This document shows, in pieces, positions 63,967 to 64,000 of a stretch of 64,000 bases of DNA. This DNA comes from Candidatus Microgenomates bacterium (GTDB taxonomy: Bacteria > Patescibacteriota > Microgenomatia > Daviesbacterales > UBA10151), in assembly GCA_016182045.1 (NCBI GenBank), contig JACOYE010000008.1:64502-128501 (forward strand). The letters are read 5' to 3'. A program made the position numbers and the translations under genes. How positions within the stretch are numbered: position 1 is the first letter of the stretch; every line of letters begins with the position of its first letter. The notes beneath the pieces are model-generated. The model was given only the letters and a program-made list of their open reading frames with translations. It searched no databases and was not told where the DNA came from.

Positions 63967-64000
63967 ACAAGAAGATCATGTCCGTAATAGAAATTGATTT

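Noticed and set aside
1-64000. CRISPR arrays, rRNA genes, integrases and transposases
   Set aside because: I looked for regularly spaced 25-40-bp direct repeats with unique spacers and found none. The only exact long direct repeat pair (29 bp at 28081 and 28617) brackets a gene rather than spacers. No rRNA-like conserved stretches were seen, and no ORF has tyrosine/serine recombinase or DDE transposase motifs.

Overview
This is a low-GC, gene-dense bacterial window. The gene content and style suggest a CPR/Patescibacteria-like genome, although that is inference: many short hypothetical proteins, leaderless-looking promoters, an L1 with a lysine-rich N-terminal extension, PaaX-like mini-regulators and an O-antigen-ligase/TPR protein. 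The standard genetic code is apparently in use, since the long ORFs are intact. 

The first 28 kb is housekeeping and mostly on the minus strand. It opens with two tandem dCTP-deaminase-family genes. A complete DapL-route lysine operon follows (lysC-dapB-dapA-asd-dapL-lysA), then tmk and pyrG. Next come a retropepsin-like protease with a small DUF5678-like partner, topA, a membrane-anchored double-AAA+ Clp-like ATPase, and dprA. mreC-mreD-PBP2 is separated from mreB by pyrF/pyrE/pyrD. 

The middle of the window holds two PaaX-like regulators, a Wzy-like/TPR protein, def-fmt, L28, an M50 peptidase and a VapBC pair. It also holds a sigma-region-4/HhH protein, an MFS transporter and an HExxH protein. 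It ends with tRNA-Thr(UGU), a carboxyltransferase, a holin+M23 pair, tRNA-Thr(GGU), rpmG and tRNA-Trp. 

The normally contiguous tRNA-Trp/secE-nusG-rplK-rplA block is interrupted by about 15 kb (43.46-58.34 kb) of accessory genes. These include a 666-aa protein ending in a RelE/ParE-like domain, a second VapBC pair, secreted proteins and a GH1 enzyme. They also include a DMT-GH5 fusion, a class A PBP, seven unannotatable proteins, an ASCH protein and an orphan FabD. 

A second insertion of about 3 kb sits after rplA. It carries an S8 subtilase, and a duplicated rplA 3' fragment marks its far edge. 

Other notable non-genic signals: 
- A family of short GC-rich palindromic elements, several inserted in-frame in topA, def, fmt and rpmB (reminiscent of Rickettsia RPEs). 
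- A two-copy AT-rich structured element showing compensatory stem changes. 
- Heptanucleotide microsatellites inside the Wzy-like gene and fmt. 
- Exact 29-bp direct repeats flanking a PaaX-like gene. 

No rRNA, CRISPR array, integrase or transposase was recognised.
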